Below the pieces are notes generated by a model. The model ran no database searches, was not told where the DNA came from, and saw only the letters and a list, made by a program, of their open reading frames with translations. A DNA stretch of 64,000 nt, taken from NCBI GenBank assembly GCA_963751925.1, contig CAVVWJ010000002.1:1702560-1766559 (forward strand). Direction: 5' to 3'. The DNA comes from an uncultured Gemmatimonadales bacterium. GTDB taxonomy: Bacteria > Gemmatimonadota > Gemmatimonadetes > Gemmatimonadales > GWC2-71-9. Each line of letters begins with the position of its first letter. The first letter of the stretch is position 1. A program made the position numbers and the translations under genes. Positions 21,723 through 31,716 of this stretch are shown piece by piece.

Positions 21723-22162
21723 GGGGTGCGATCAAGGATGAGAGTCACGGGACCATCGTTGTGGATTTCTACCTGCATGTCTGCGCCAAACTCGCCCGAG
21801 GCTACCGTCAGGCCGAGTTCGCGCAATGCCATCAGGAATCGCTGATAGAGAGGAATCGCCACCTCCGGCCTGGCTGCCTGGATGAACGATGGCCTTCGCC
21901 CCTTGCTCGAGTCTCCGTACAGTGTGAATTGAGACACAACCAGCACGCCGCCACCAACCTCATCGAGACCCAGATTCATTTTCCCTTCGCTGTCGGTGAA
22001 GAGTCTGAGACCAGCCACTTTCTCGGCCATCCAATCTACCTGGGTCGTGGTGTCGTCGTGGGTAAAGCCTACCAGCAGGCAGAAGCCACGCTCGATACTT
22101 CCCGCAACTCGCCCGCCAATCGTTACTGAGGCCCGAGAGACCCGCTGCAGAACTACTCGCAT
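21719..22162 (-). CDS. dtd: D-aminoacyl-tRNA deacylase
   Basis: MRVVLQRVSRASVTIGG..., VSQFTLYGD, GADMQVEIHNDGPVT. Confidence 0.9.
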   Translation of the reverse strand: MRVVLQRVSRASVTIGGRVAGSIERGFCLLVGFTHDDTTTQVDWMAEKVAGLRLFTDSEGKMNLGLDEVGGGVLVVSQFTLYGDSSKGRRPSFIQAARPEVAIPLYQRFLMALRELGLTVASGEFGADMQVEIHNDGPVTLILDRTP

Positions 22163-22201
22163 CGTGGGTTATCTTTTGAGAGTGATGGTCCCAGGAGAGT
22201 A

Positions 22202-23116
22202 ATGCCGATGATTCCGTTTACGACCAGACTGCGATTCGCTCGATCATACGTTCGGCGCAGTCTGCAGGATCGCCGGGCCAACCCACCGGAGAGTATCCGG
22301 CCCGCGTCCCAGCGCCCAGACCCGAGCTCCTGGCCAGATGACCGGCTGACGGTGTCCTGGCTGGGTCACGCGACCGTGCTCATGAACTTCTACGGCACCT
22401 GGGTGCTCACCGACCCCGCTCTGGAACGGCGCATCGGAATCGGGCGTGGTTTTGCCAAGCTGGGGCCAAGGCGACTGGTCCAACCTGCACTCCGACCTGG
22501 GGACCTGCCGAGCCTCGATCTGATTCTGCTCTCACATGCGCACATGGATCATACCGATCTCGGAACCCTGCGGAGACTGCCGGCCACCACGCCGGTGGTG
22601 GTGCAGAGTGGGAATACCGATCTGGTGCGACGCTTCTCCCGGGTGGACGAGCTCGCATGGGGCCAGCGCGCGGAAATCGATGGCACGGTGATCGAATCCA
22701 CCGAGGTGCGGCACTGGGGTGCCAGGATGGTGACCGACATGCACCGGGGATACGGTGGCTACCTCCTCCAGAAGCCGCAGGCGACGGTGCTCTTTGCCGG
22801 AGATACCGCCTTTACCGACGTGCTCACGCCGTTGGGACGTCGCAGGCCAATCGACTTGGCGATTCTCCCCATCGGAGCGTACGACCCCTGGATCGCGAAT
22901 CACGCCTCTCCGGAGCAGGCCTGGGCGATGTTCCAGGCGCTGGGCGCAGAGTACCTGCTGCCGGTCCATCACTCCACGTTCCGGCTCAGCCGCGAACCTC
23001 TGGATGAACCGGTGCAACACCTTCTGAAAGCCGCCGGCCAAGATCGTTGGCGCGTCATCCTTACCGAAGTTGGCGCAACCTGGAGCTTACCGGCCGATAA
23101 CGCGTCCTCACCGTGA
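22202..23116 (+). CDS. MBL-fold metallo-hydrolase (NAPE-PLD-like)
   Basis: LLSHAHMDHTD metal motif. WLGHATVLM N-terminal strand. Confidence 0.7.
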   Translation: MPMIPFTTRLRFARSYVRRSLQDRRANPPESIRPASQRPDPSSWPDDRLTVSWLGHATVLMNFYGTWVLTDPALERRIGIGRGFAKLGPRRLVQPALRPGDLPSLDLILLSHAHMDHTDLGTLRRLPATTPVVVQSGNTDLVRRFSRVDELAWGQRAEIDGTVIESTEVRHWGARMVTDMHRGYGGYLLQKPQATVLFAGDTAFTDVLTPLGRRRPIDLAILPIGAYDPWIANHASPEQAWAMFQALGAEYLLPVHHSTFRLSREPLDEPVQHLLKAAGQDRWRVILTEVGATWSLPADNASSP

Positions 23117-23145
23117 CTTCCTGAGCGCTCGTCGTTTCCGCAGAC

Positions 23146-24141
23146 TTGGAGGTGCTGGTGGAGCCGAAGTTCGGAGCGTTGGTGGTTTCCCTGGACTTCG
23201 AGATCCACTGGGGCCTGCGTGACACGGCAACGATCGACGGAGACTATCGTCAGAATTTCCTGGGTGTGCGCCAGGCTGTTCCGGCCATGTTGCGGCTGTT
23301 CGAGGAGTTTGAAATAGCAGCCACGTGGGCCACCGTCGGAATGCTTTTCGCAACTTCTAAACAGGAGCTCGCGCAATTTTCGCCGGCAGTTCGGCCCCAG
23401 TATTCGGATCGGAATCTCTCTCCGTACGAAGAACCCGTGGGTGAAGGAGAGCACGACGATCTATTCCACTACGCGCCGACGCTTATCTCGGCGATTCGGG
23501 CCAGCCCGCGCCAGGAGATCGGGACTCACACCTTCTCGCACTACTATTGTCTCGAGCCGGGGCAGGACGAGCGCGCCTTTGCGGCCGATCTCGAGAGCGC
23601 AGTGGCGATTGCCCGGCACAATGGGGTCAGGCTCCGTTCTATCGTCTTCCCCCGCAACCAGCACAACCCGCAATATGACAGGCTCTTGTCTGACGCCGGA
23701 ATCGTGTGCTTTCGCGGGAACCAGCGGCAGTGGATGTACCGAGCCAGCGGGGCCAGCGGCAATACCCGTCTGAAGCGAGCGGTCCGGCTGGCCGACAACT
23801 ATCTCAATCTCACGGATGCTCACAGTGTTTCCTGGGAGGCTATACGCCAGCCGTCCAGCCTGGCAAATGTGCCCGCCAGCTTTTTTCTTCGGCCATTCTC
23901 ACGACGACTCCAGGCCGCGGACTTCTTGCGCCTTCGTCGGATTACCCGAAGCATCGAGCGCGCGGCGAGAGCCCGAGAAGTGGTTCACCTCTGGTGGCAT
24001 CCCCACAACTTCGGCGTCGATCTGGCCGAAAATCTTCAGATGCTCCGTTCCATCTTTGAGGTGTTCGCCGGCTGCCAGAAACGGTACGGCATGCGCTCCC
24101 TCAGTATGGCCGAGGCCGCTGACGTTGCTTGTCCTGACTGA
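23146..24141 (+). CDS. Polysaccharide deacetylase family protein
   Basis: SLDFEIHWGLRD N-terminal motif, GTHTFSHYY, FPRNQ, WWHPHNFG. These are NodB-like/divergent deacetylase signatures. Confidence 0.6.
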   Translation: MEVLVEPKFGALVVSLDFEIHWGLRDTATIDGDYRQNFLGVRQAVPAMLRLFEEFEIAATWATVGMLFATSKQELAQFSPAVRPQYSDRNLSPYEEPVGEGEHDDLFHYAPTLISAIRASPRQEIGTHTFSHYYCLEPGQDERAFAADLESAVAIARHNGVRLRSIVFPRNQHNPQYDRLLSDAGIVCFRGNQRQWMYRASGASGNTRLKRAVRLADNYLNLTDAHSVSWEAIRQPSSLANVPASFFLRPFSRRLQAADFLRLRRITRSIERAARAREVVHLWWHPHNFGVDLAENLQMLRSIFEVFAGCQKRYGMRSLSMAEAADVACPD

Positions 24142-24144
24142 ACG

Positions 24145-24930
24145 ATGACGGACGTCTCGACGGCCGGTCCGGTGGTCATGCTCGCCACCGACGGACCATC
24201 CACTCGCATCGTCTACCACGCCATCGAACGAGAGCTGCCCGGCGTCAGCCTGATACTGGAGCAGCCGGTCTCCCGCCTCAAGCTCATCCGCGGCCGGCTT
24301 AAGAAGCTGAACCCGGTCGATGTCATGGGCCAGTTGCTGTTTATCACTCTGGCAAACCCGGTGCTTCGGAGACAGGGCGCTCGCCGCATCGAGAGCATCA
24401 AGCGCGAGTATGGCCTGGACGATTCCCCGGTGCTCGGAACGGTGTATCAGGTGGATTCAGTCAATTCTCCGGCAACCCGAGAGCTGCTGCGGGAGCTGGC
24501 TCCAACCGTGATCGTGGTGAACGGCACAAGAATCATCGGAAAAGAGACGTTGCGAGCCGTTCCCGCGCCATTCATCAATACCCACGCCGGGATTACGCCA
24601 CTCTACCGCGGAGTACACGGAGGATACTGGGCACTAGCCGAGGGGAAGCCTGGTCTCGCAGGCACCACGGTCCACTTCGTGGATGAAGGCATCGACACCG
24701 GCTCCATCATCGGACAGGCGACATTCACGATCTCGGATGAGGATAACTTTGCCACGTATCCCTATCTGCATACGGCTGTCGGACTCCCCCTATTGATTCA
24801 GGCAACACGTACCATCGTGACTGGGGGCACTCCCGCGCGTACGTCGCGCGACGACCTGCCATCTCGACTCCGCTACCACCCGACCCTCTGGGGATATCTC
24901 GCCGGCAGGATCCGAAGAAACGTGCGCTGA
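24145..24930 (+). CDS. Formyltransferase-domain protein (Fmt/PurN/ArnA-N like)
   Basis: VIVVNGTRIIGKETL..PFINTHAGITPLYRGVHGGYWAL...GTTVHFVDEGIDTGSII (SLLP-like HxGxxPxxRG and D-x-G-x-D-T-G motifs). Confidence 0.65.
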   Translation: MTDVSTAGPVVMLATDGPSTRIVYHAIERELPGVSLILEQPVSRLKLIRGRLKKLNPVDVMGQLLFITLANPVLRRQGARRIESIKREYGLDDSPVLGTVYQVDSVNSPATRELLRELAPTVIVVNGTRIIGKETLRAVPAPFINTHAGITPLYRGVHGGYWALAEGKPGLAGTTVHFVDEGIDTGSIIGQATFTISDEDNFATYPYLHTAVGLPLLIQATRTIVTGGTPARTSRDDLPSRLRYHPTLWGYLAGRIRRNVR

Positions 24931-24941
24931 CCCTGAATACA

Positions 24942-24972
24942 CCGAAGCCCCCAGGAGACCCGGGGGCTTCGG
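24942..24972. terminator. Bidirectional stem-loop between the convergent formyltransferase and glmS genes
   Basis: Perfect 11-bp stem CCGAAGCCCCC / GGGGGCTTCGG with a 9-nt loop. Confidence 0.6.
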
Positions 24973-25021
24973 CTAAGAAGAGCCAAGTGCGATGGATGGG
25001 GCGGCGTTATCAGTTCGCCGG

Positions 25022-26851
25022 CTACTCCACTGTCACCGACTTGGCGAGGTTTCTCGGCTGGTCGACGTTACAGCCGCGGCTCACAGCCACGTAATACGAG
25101 AGCAACTGCAGTGGGATGCTGGTGAGGATCGGAGTGAGCAAATCAAGCGTTTCCGGAATGGTGAACGTGGCATCCGCCAGACGCTCGATTTCGGTGTCGC
25201 CTTCGTTGATCAGGGCGATCACCTTCCCGCCACGTGCCTTCACCTCTTCAATATTGGACACGATCTTGGAATGCACCGCGTCCCGCGGGGCAATGAAGAC
25301 CACCGGCATGTTTTCGTCGATCAGCGCGATCGGTCCGTGCTTCATCTCGGCCGCGGGATACCCCTCGGCGTGGATGTACGAGATCTCTTTCAGCTTGAGC
25401 GCGCCTTCCAGCGCAACCGGGAAGTTCACGCCTCGTCCCAGATACAGCGCGTTCTTCGTGGTCCGAAGAAACCGGTCGGCCAGCTTCTCGATTTCAGCCG
25501 AGCGCTCGAGAATCTGAGCTGCTTGCTGCGGCAGCCGCTGTAACGCCTGAATGAACTGACGTCCCTGCAGAATGCTCAGATTCCGAAGCCGGGCGATCCG
25601 CAGCGTCACCAGGGCGAGTGCTGCGACCTGGCTGGTGAAAGCCTTGGTGCTCGCTACGCCCACCTCAGGACCGGCGTGCAGGTAGATGCCGCCGTCCACC
25701 TCACGGGCGATGGTCGAGCCGACCACGTTCACCAGTCCAATTGTGCGGGCGCCGCGGCGTTTGGCTTCGCGAATCGCGGCGAGAGTGTCCGCCGTCTCGC
25801 CCGACTGGGAGATGCCGATGACGAGCGTATGCGGATCGACGACGGGGTTGCGGTAGCGGAACTCCGAGGCGTACTCGACCTCGACCTGGAGCCGCGCCAT
25901 CTCTTCCATCATGTACTCGCCGATGATCCCCGAGTGCCATGACGTGCCGCAAGCTGTGATAATGACGCGCTCGACCTGCTTGAGCTCATCGTCGGTGAGG
26001 TTGAGGCCGGTGACGCGGGCGGTGCCCTCCTCTTCCAGCAGGTGGCCGCGGAGCGTGTTTCGCAGGCTCTCCGGCTGCTCGCAAATCTCCTTCAGCATGA
26101 AATGGGCATACCCGCCGCGCTCGACCATTGCCAGATCCCAGTCGATCTGGTTGACGGGTTTGCTAATCCGCATGGTCTCGAGGTTCCGGACCCGGTAGCC
26201 TTCGCGGGTGAGGACCACCATCTCACCGTCGTCCAGATAGACCACCGAACGGGTGTGCTGCAGGAGCGGAGACGCATCGGAGGCAACGAACCACTCGTTC
26301 TCTCCCACACCAACCAGCAGGGGAGAGCCCTTGCGAGCGGCAACCAGTACGCCGGGCTCATCAGAGGAGATGAAAGCCAGTCCGTACGCGCCGTCTACGT
26401 CACGGAGGGCAGTGGCGACGGCGTCTTCCAGGTTGCCGTCGTAGAACTCCCCGACCAGATGGGCCAGCACCTCGGTGTCGGTGTCCGACTTGAAGGTGTG
26501 TCCCCGTTGTTCCAGCGCTTTACGGATGATGCTCGAGTTCTCGATGATGCCGTTGTGGATCACCGCGATCCGGCCAGACTGGTCGGTATGCGGATGGGCG
26601 TTCCTGGTAGTTGGTGCTCCGTGGGTGGCCCAGCGGGTATGTCCGATGCCCAGGGTGCCCTGGGGCATGCTTCCGGCGAGGTCGCCTTCCAGGACCGAGA
26701 GTTTGCCGGCGGCCTTCATGACCTGGAGGCCGTGTCCGTTGACGACAGCAATGCCGGCCGAGTCGTATCCCCGGTACTCGAGCCGGCGCAGGCCCTCCAG
26801 CAGGAGCTCCGCAGCCTGACGCGGCCCGATATAGCCTACAATACCGCACAT
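25022..26851 (-). CDS. glmS: Glutamine--fructose-6-phosphate aminotransferase GlmS
   Basis: MCGIVGYIG N-terminal nucleophile (start set to ATG 26851), two SIS domains, C-terminal ...NLAKSVTVE. Confidence 0.95.
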   Translation of the reverse strand: MCGIVGYIGPRQAAELLLEGLRRLEYRGYDSAGIAVVNGHGLQVMKAAGKLSVLEGDLAGSMPQGTLGIGHTRWATHGAPTTRNAHPHTDQSGRIAVIHNGIIENSSIIRKALEQRGHTFKSDTDTEVLAHLVGEFYDGNLEDAVATALRDVDGAYGLAFISSDEPGVLVAARKGSPLLVGVGENEWFVASDASPLLQHTRSVVYLDDGEMVVLTREGYRVRNLETMRISKPVNQIDWDLAMVERGGYAHFMLKEICEQPESLRNTLRGHLLEEEGTARVTGLNLTDDELKQVERVIITACGTSWHSGIIGEYMMEEMARLQVEVEYASEFRYRNPVVDPHTLVIGISQSGETADTLAAIREAKRRGARTIGLVNVVGSTIAREVDGGIYLHAGPEVGVASTKAFTSQVAALALVTLRIARLRNLSILQGRQFIQALQRLPQQAAQILERSAEIEKLADRFLRTTKNALYLGRGVNFPVALEGALKLKEISYIHAEGYPAAEMKHGPIALIDENMPVVFIAPRDAVHSKIVSNIEEVKARGGKVIALINEGDTEIERLADATFTIPETLDLLTPILTSIPLQLLSYYVAVSRGCNVDQPRNLAKSVTVE

Positions 26852-26864
26852 CGCTCGATAAACC

Positions 26865-28262
26865 TCAGTACAAGAGTTCTCGGCCAACCGCGATCAGCTG
26901 TTCGGCATCGATCGCCGTGGGAGCCTCGGCGATCAGCCGGACTATCGGCTCGGTTCCGGATGGCCTCACGTGCAGCCAGCGGTCCTGCCAGGCAAGTCTC
27001 AGCCCATCGGTCTCGTCTGCAGCTGCCTCGGGGAAACGCCCTTTGAGACGATCGTACAGCGGACGAAGCTCGGGACCGCGGGGACCTTTCGCCTTGACTA
27101 TGGTATAACGGGGGGACCCGGCCACCAGTCCTGAGAGGGTTACCCCAGTCGCAGCAAGGAGATGCAAAACCAGGGCCACCCCTAGGGGAGCGTCACGACC
27201 AATATGCAGTGCCGGCAGCATGACGCCACCATTGCCTTCCCCTCCGATCACGGCACCTTCGTTCCGTATGGCCCGGGCCACGTTCGCCTCGCCAACCGGC
27301 GCACGAACGAACCTGGCGTTGAACGCACGAGCCGCATCTTCCACAACCAGGCTGGTCGAGAGATTCACCACGACCGTCGGGGCCGTCGCGGCACTGAGGC
27401 GACGGTCCAACACTGCCCGGACCGCAAAGGCCAGGGTGTAGTCCTCGCCAATGGCGCGTCCGGTCTCGTCTACCAGCGCCAGCCGGTCAACGTCCGGATC
27501 CACCGCAAAGCCAACCTCGGCGCCGGTTTCCCGAACCAGCCGGGACAGATCCCCGAGGTTCTCGGGCACTGGTTCCGGCGGCCGGGGAAACCGGCCATCC
27601 GGCTCCAGGTTGATCCCGTGCGTCTCACAGCCAAGCCGATCCAGGAGCGGCACGATGGCGGTCACGCCGGCGCCGCGAACACAGTCGAGCGCTACCCGAA
27701 ATTTGCGTTTTCTGATCGCAGCCACATCGATGATCGGGAGCGCCAGTATGGCGTCCAGATGGCGATCGATGGCTTCCTGATCGCCCCTGAGAACACCGAT
27801 CGTGTCCCATCCGGCTCGCACCGGGCCCTGGTCAGCCAGGGACCGTACGATCTTCCCGGCCTGGTCGTCGAGGAAGATCCCATCAGGCCCGACGAACTTG
27901 AGGGCATTCCACTCGATGGGATTGTGACTGGCAGTTAGGATCAGACCCGCGCCGGCATGGTGGTGTTCGACCGCCAGCTGCACCGTGGGAGTAGGGACAA
28001 TGCCGAGGTCGATGACGTCGGAGCCTACCGACATCAGCCCCGCGGCGGCGGCATGCGCGAACATCGGACCGCTGGTCCGCGCATCCCGTCCGAGCACCAC
28101 CGATGATCGATTGCCGGAAGATTTGGAGCCTGACTGGGCCGCCCAGGATCCCAGCGCGGCAGCATAGCGCGACACCAGCTCCGGAGTGAGATCCTTGCCG
28201 ACGTGGCCCCGGATCCCGGAGATGCTGATCATCAGGGTGTCTGAGGCCGGGCCCGCTGGCAT
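26865..28262 (-). CDS. glmM: Phosphoglucosamine mutase / phosphohexomutase family (GlmM-like)
   Basis: ISGIRG, phosphoserine loop LTASHNP, DPDVDR metal loop, GGEGNGG. Adjacency to glmS supports GlmM. Start ATG 28262 or TTG 28268. Confidence 0.7.
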   Translation of the reverse strand: MPAGPASDTLMISISGIRGHVGKDLTPELVSRYAAALGSWAAQSGSKSSGNRSSVVLGRDARTSGPMFAHAAAAGLMSVGSDVIDLGIVPTPTVQLAVEHHHAGAGLILTASHNPIEWNALKFVGPDGIFLDDQAGKIVRSLADQGPVRAGWDTIGVLRGDQEAIDRHLDAILALPIIDVAAIRKRKFRVALDCVRGAGVTAIVPLLDRLGCETHGINLEPDGRFPRPPEPVPENLGDLSRLVRETGAEVGFAVDPDVDRLALVDETGRAIGEDYTLAFAVRAVLDRRLSAATAPTVVVNLSTSLVVEDAARAFNARFVRAPVGEANVARAIRNEGAVIGGEGNGGVMLPALHIGRDAPLGVALVLHLLAATGVTLSGLVAGSPRYTIVKAKGPRGPELRPLYDRLKGRFPEAAADETDGLRLAWQDRWLHVRPSGTEPIVRLIAEAPTAIDAEQLIAVGRELLY

Positions 28263-28264
28263 AC

Positions 28265-29350
28265 TCAAGTGTTGGACGGGAGTGCGTTTCCGTCGTCATA
28301 CGCGGCAAGAAAGGCTTCCACCACGGCGGCGTCGAAGTGGACACCGGTAAACCGGCGAAGCTCCTGGACCGCATCGGCGGGAGTGCGCGGGCGCCGGTAG
28401 GCGCGATCGGTGGTCATGGCATCGAAGGCGTCGACCACCGCCACGATTCGAGCCTCCACCGGTATCTGGTCCCCCCGCAACGAATCGGGAAACCCGCTGC
28501 CGTCCAGGCGCTCATGGTGAGACCGGACGATTCGGAGGACCGCAGGAGAGGCAGCCAGGAGGGGCGCGAGAATCTTCTCGCCCAGGCTTGCATGTGCCTT
28601 GATGTGCTCGAACTCCTCGTGCGAGAGGGGGCCCGGTTTGTTCAGGATGTCTTCCCGGGTGCCGATTTTCCCGATGTCGTGCAGTTCTCCGCCTAGTCGG
28701 ATGTGCTCCAGGGAGTCGCCGGTGAACCCGAGTCGCACAGCGGCCTTGGTGGCGTACCGGCTGACCCGGCTCGAGTGACCGCTGGTATAAGCGTCCTTCG
28801 CTTCAAGCGCGTGCACCAGTGTCTGAACACCGTTGATGATCGACATTCGGTTGCTTCGGTCGAGCTCTTTTACACGGGTTTCGAGATTCTGCTGGTAGTA
28901 CCTATTCTGGAGCACCAGGTCGCGCTTCTGCAGCGCCTTGTCCAGCCGAGCCCTTACCTCTTCCAGAATCACCGGCTTCGAGATGTAGTCGAGCGCGCCG
29001 ATCTTCAGGCACTCGACCGCGGTGTTCACTTCGGCCACCCCGGTCAGCATGATCACTGCCATATCGGGATAGCGCTTCAAGACCTCCCGAAGGAAGGTGA
29101 GCCCGTCCATCTCGGGCATGTAGATATCGGAGATGCAGATGGGGACTTCGCCTTCGCGGGCGAGTACCGCCAGTGCGTCTGCGCCGGACTTGGCTTCGAG
29201 GGTGGACAGGCCATGCGTCCTGATGACGCGCGAGAGGACGTGCCTGACCTGGGCGTCATCATCCACAATGAGGCACCGCGCCGCGCCTCCGTTTGATCCG
29301 ATTGAAGTCACCTGCGAAAGTAACCGGACTTCGAGCCATTGTTCAACCAA
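28265..29350 (-). CDS. Response regulator with HD-GYP phosphohydrolase output domain (RpfG-like)
   Basis: REC: CLIVDDD...ICISDIYMPEMDG...SKP. HD-GYP: LHDIGKIG...HHERLDGSGFP. Stop abuts the glmM start. Confidence 0.85.
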   Translation of the reverse strand: MVEQWLEVRLLSQVTSIGSNGGAARCLIVDDDAQVRHVLSRVIRTHGLSTLEAKSGADALAVLAREGEVPICISDIYMPEMDGLTFLREVLKRYPDMAVIMLTGVAEVNTAVECLKIGALDYISKPVILEEVRARLDKALQKRDLVLQNRYYQQNLETRVKELDRSNRMSIINGVQTLVHALEAKDAYTSGHSSRVSRYATKAAVRLGFTGDSLEHIRLGGELHDIGKIGTREDILNKPGPLSHEEFEHIKAHASLGEKILAPLLAASPAVLRIVRSHHERLDGSGFPDSLRGDQIPVEARIVAVVDAFDAMTTDRAYRRPRTPADAVQELRRFTGVHFDAAVVEAFLAAYDDGNALPSNT

Positions 29351-29466
29351 CTCATCTCGAAAGCTCCCGCACTGCCGGCGTTGGACGCTACGATATGGGC
29401 GGAAGCTTGCCGCCCCGGGCTCGAAGCCATTACGCTTCTGCTAACCCTCTACGCGCAGCGCTCCCG

Positions 29467-30645
29467 ATGACACGAATTCTCCCGCACGATCACGATCACG
29501 GCTTTGCCACTCGCTCCGTGCATGCGGGTCAGATCATCGAGCCTCTGGCGGGCGCCGTCATGACCCCGATTTATCAGACGTCAACCTATGTCCAGAGCGG
29601 CTTGGGCAAGCATAAGGGTTACGAGTACGCCCGGACTCAAAACCCGACTCGCGAGGCCTTGGAGCGCAATCTGGCGAGCCTCGAGGGCGCCACCCACGGG
29701 TTCGCTTTCGGCTCGGGCCTCGCGGCACTCGACGCCATCCTGAAGCTGTTCAAGACGGGTGACCACATTGTCTGCGGTGAAAACGTATACGGCGGCAGCC
29801 ACCGGCTGATCGAGCGGATCTACGGCAATCTCGGCCTCCGGGTCAGCTTCGTCGATATGCGGGAGATCGGCAACATCGAACGTGCCCTCACTCCTGCTAC
29901 CCGGATGATTTATTGCGAGACCCCGACCAACCCGATGATGAATCTGACGGATCTGGCGGAGCTGGGAGATCTGACCCAGGCCCATGGTTACATCTACGCT
30001 GTGGACAACACCTTTGCGACGCCGTTTTTCCAACGACCGATCGAGCACGGAGCCGACATCGTCCTTCACTCCACCACCAAGTACCTCAACGGACATAGCG
30101 ACATGGTGGGTGGTATCCTCGCAACCTCCCGGGACGACCTGGCCGAACGGCTGGCCTTCATCCAAAACGCGGCGGGCGCGGTGCCCGGCCCAATGGACTG
30201 CTGGCTGGCCCTCCGAGGCTTGAAGACACTGCCGCTCCGAATGAGGCAACACGACAGCAGCGGTCGGCGCATCGCGGAGTGGCTCACCCGGCAGCCTATG
30301 GTCACCAAGGTCTATTACCCCGGGCTTCCCTCGCATCCACAACACGAGCTGGCGTGTCGGCAGATGGGCGGCTTTGGGGGGATGATCTCGCTCGACCTGG
30401 GAGATCCGACCCGGGCCCGCCGGTTCGTGGAAGCCACCAGGATCTTTGCCCTGGCCGAATCGCTCGGCGGGGTGGAGAGCCTTATCGGGCATCCTGCATC
30501 GATGACTCATGCCTCGGTACCTCCAGCGATGCGGCAGGCGATGGGGCTGACCGACAGCCTGATTCGCCTGAGTTGCGGGATCGAGGATACCGACGACCTG
30601 ATCGCGGATCTCGACCAGGCAATGCACGCGAGCGTCGCAAACTGA
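29467..30645 (+). CDS. Cys/Met-metabolism PLP enzyme (cystathionine gamma-synthase/beta-lyase family)
   Basis: ATRSVHAGQ, YARTQNPTR, PLP-Lys motif HSTTKYLNGHSD, LAESLGGVESL. Start ATG 29467. Confidence 0.85.
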   Translation: MTRILPHDHDHGFATRSVHAGQIIEPLAGAVMTPIYQTSTYVQSGLGKHKGYEYARTQNPTREALERNLASLEGATHGFAFGSGLAALDAILKLFKTGDHIVCGENVYGGSHRLIERIYGNLGLRVSFVDMREIGNIERALTPATRMIYCETPTNPMMNLTDLAELGDLTQAHGYIYAVDNTFATPFFQRPIEHGADIVLHSTTKYLNGHSDMVGGILATSRDDLAERLAFIQNAAGAVPGPMDCWLALRGLKTLPLRMRQHDSSGRRIAEWLTRQPMVTKVYYPGLPSHPQHELACRQMGGFGGMISLDLGDPTRARRFVEATRIFALAESLGGVESLIGHPASMTHASVPPAMRQAMGLTDSLIRLSCGIEDTDDLIADLDQAMHASVAN

Positions 30646-30699
30646 AACTGATGCTCTCGTGAGCCGTATGGCTCCGCATCCCCAACCGCAGAGTCTGCG

Positions 30700-31716
30700 A
30701 TGACCTCGAGCGTTCCAGCGCCGCGTCCGCGGCAGGCCTTTCCCGAAATATCCGCCGTCTCATGGGAGCACCCTGCCGACCGTGCGGCCCTGCAGGCACT
30801 GCGAGCGGTGCCCGGCGTCGATGAGGTCATCCGGAAAGTGCTGGGATTGCTGGGAGGCGAGCGTGGAATCCGTCTCCTCTTTCAGGGCAACGCGGTGCGG
30901 GTAGGGCCGGCCCAATTCCCCAAGCTCTGGCACATGCACAACGAAGCCAGCACGACCTTCGACTGGCCCGATCTGCCTGAGCTGTATGTGTCTCAAACGC
31001 CTTTCTTCAACGCCGGGGCCTACGGGATCGATCGACCGTTCATCGTGCTACACTCGGCCGCGCTCGAGCTGCTGGACGACGACGAACTGAGGGTGCTGCT
31101 GTCTCATGAATTGGGACACGTGATGAGTGGCCACGCGCTCTACCGCACCATCGCCGCCATCCTTGCGATGGTGAGTCTGGGTGCTCTCCCAATGCTGACC
31201 GGCCTGGCTGTCCTGCCGATTCGATTGGCCTTTCTGGAATGGTCCCGCAAGTCGGAGCTGTCGGCGGATCGCGCCGGGCTGCTCGGCGGGCAGGACATCG
31301 TGGTTGCCCAGCGGCTCGACATGAAGATGGCCGGTGGTGGACGAGGGCCCGGATTCGCAGGACAGCTCAACGTCGACGCATTCATGCAGCAAGCACACGA
31401 GTATGCCACCAGCGCTGAGGGGCTCGACGTCGTGTACAAGCTGCTGAGCACCCTGGCGCTCACCCACCCTATGCACACGGTGCGGGCCGCCGAGCTGCAG
31501 CGTTGGATGGCGACGGGTGAATACGACCGGATTCTTAGAGGTGAATACACCCGTCGCACGGCCGACGATCGTGAGCGGCCTTTGCGGGACGACATGGCCG
31601 CGGCCGGCAGCTACTACGCCGGTGAGGCTCGGGAGCTCGTGGATCAGGTCACCGGAGCGGCCCGACGGGCAGCGGACCGAGCCCGCGAGGCATTCCGGAA
31701 CGCGCAGAAGCCGTGA
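30700..31716 (+). CDS. M48-family zinc metalloprotease
   Basis: HExxH: LSHELGHVMSGH, followed by hydrophobic helices and ELSADRAG. Confidence 0.75.
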   Translation: MTSSVPAPRPRQAFPEISAVSWEHPADRAALQALRAVPGVDEVIRKVLGLLGGERGIRLLFQGNAVRVGPAQFPKLWHMHNEASTTFDWPDLPELYVSQTPFFNAGAYGIDRPFIVLHSAALELLDDDELRVLLSHELGHVMSGHALYRTIAAILAMVSLGALPMLTGLAVLPIRLAFLEWSRKSELSADRAGLLGGQDIVVAQRLDMKMAGGGRGPGFAGQLNVDAFMQQAHEYATSAEGLDVVYKLLSTLALTHPMHTVRAAELQRWMATGEYDRILRGEYTRRTADDRERPLRDDMAAAGSYYAGEARELVDQVTGAARRAADRAREAFRNAQKP

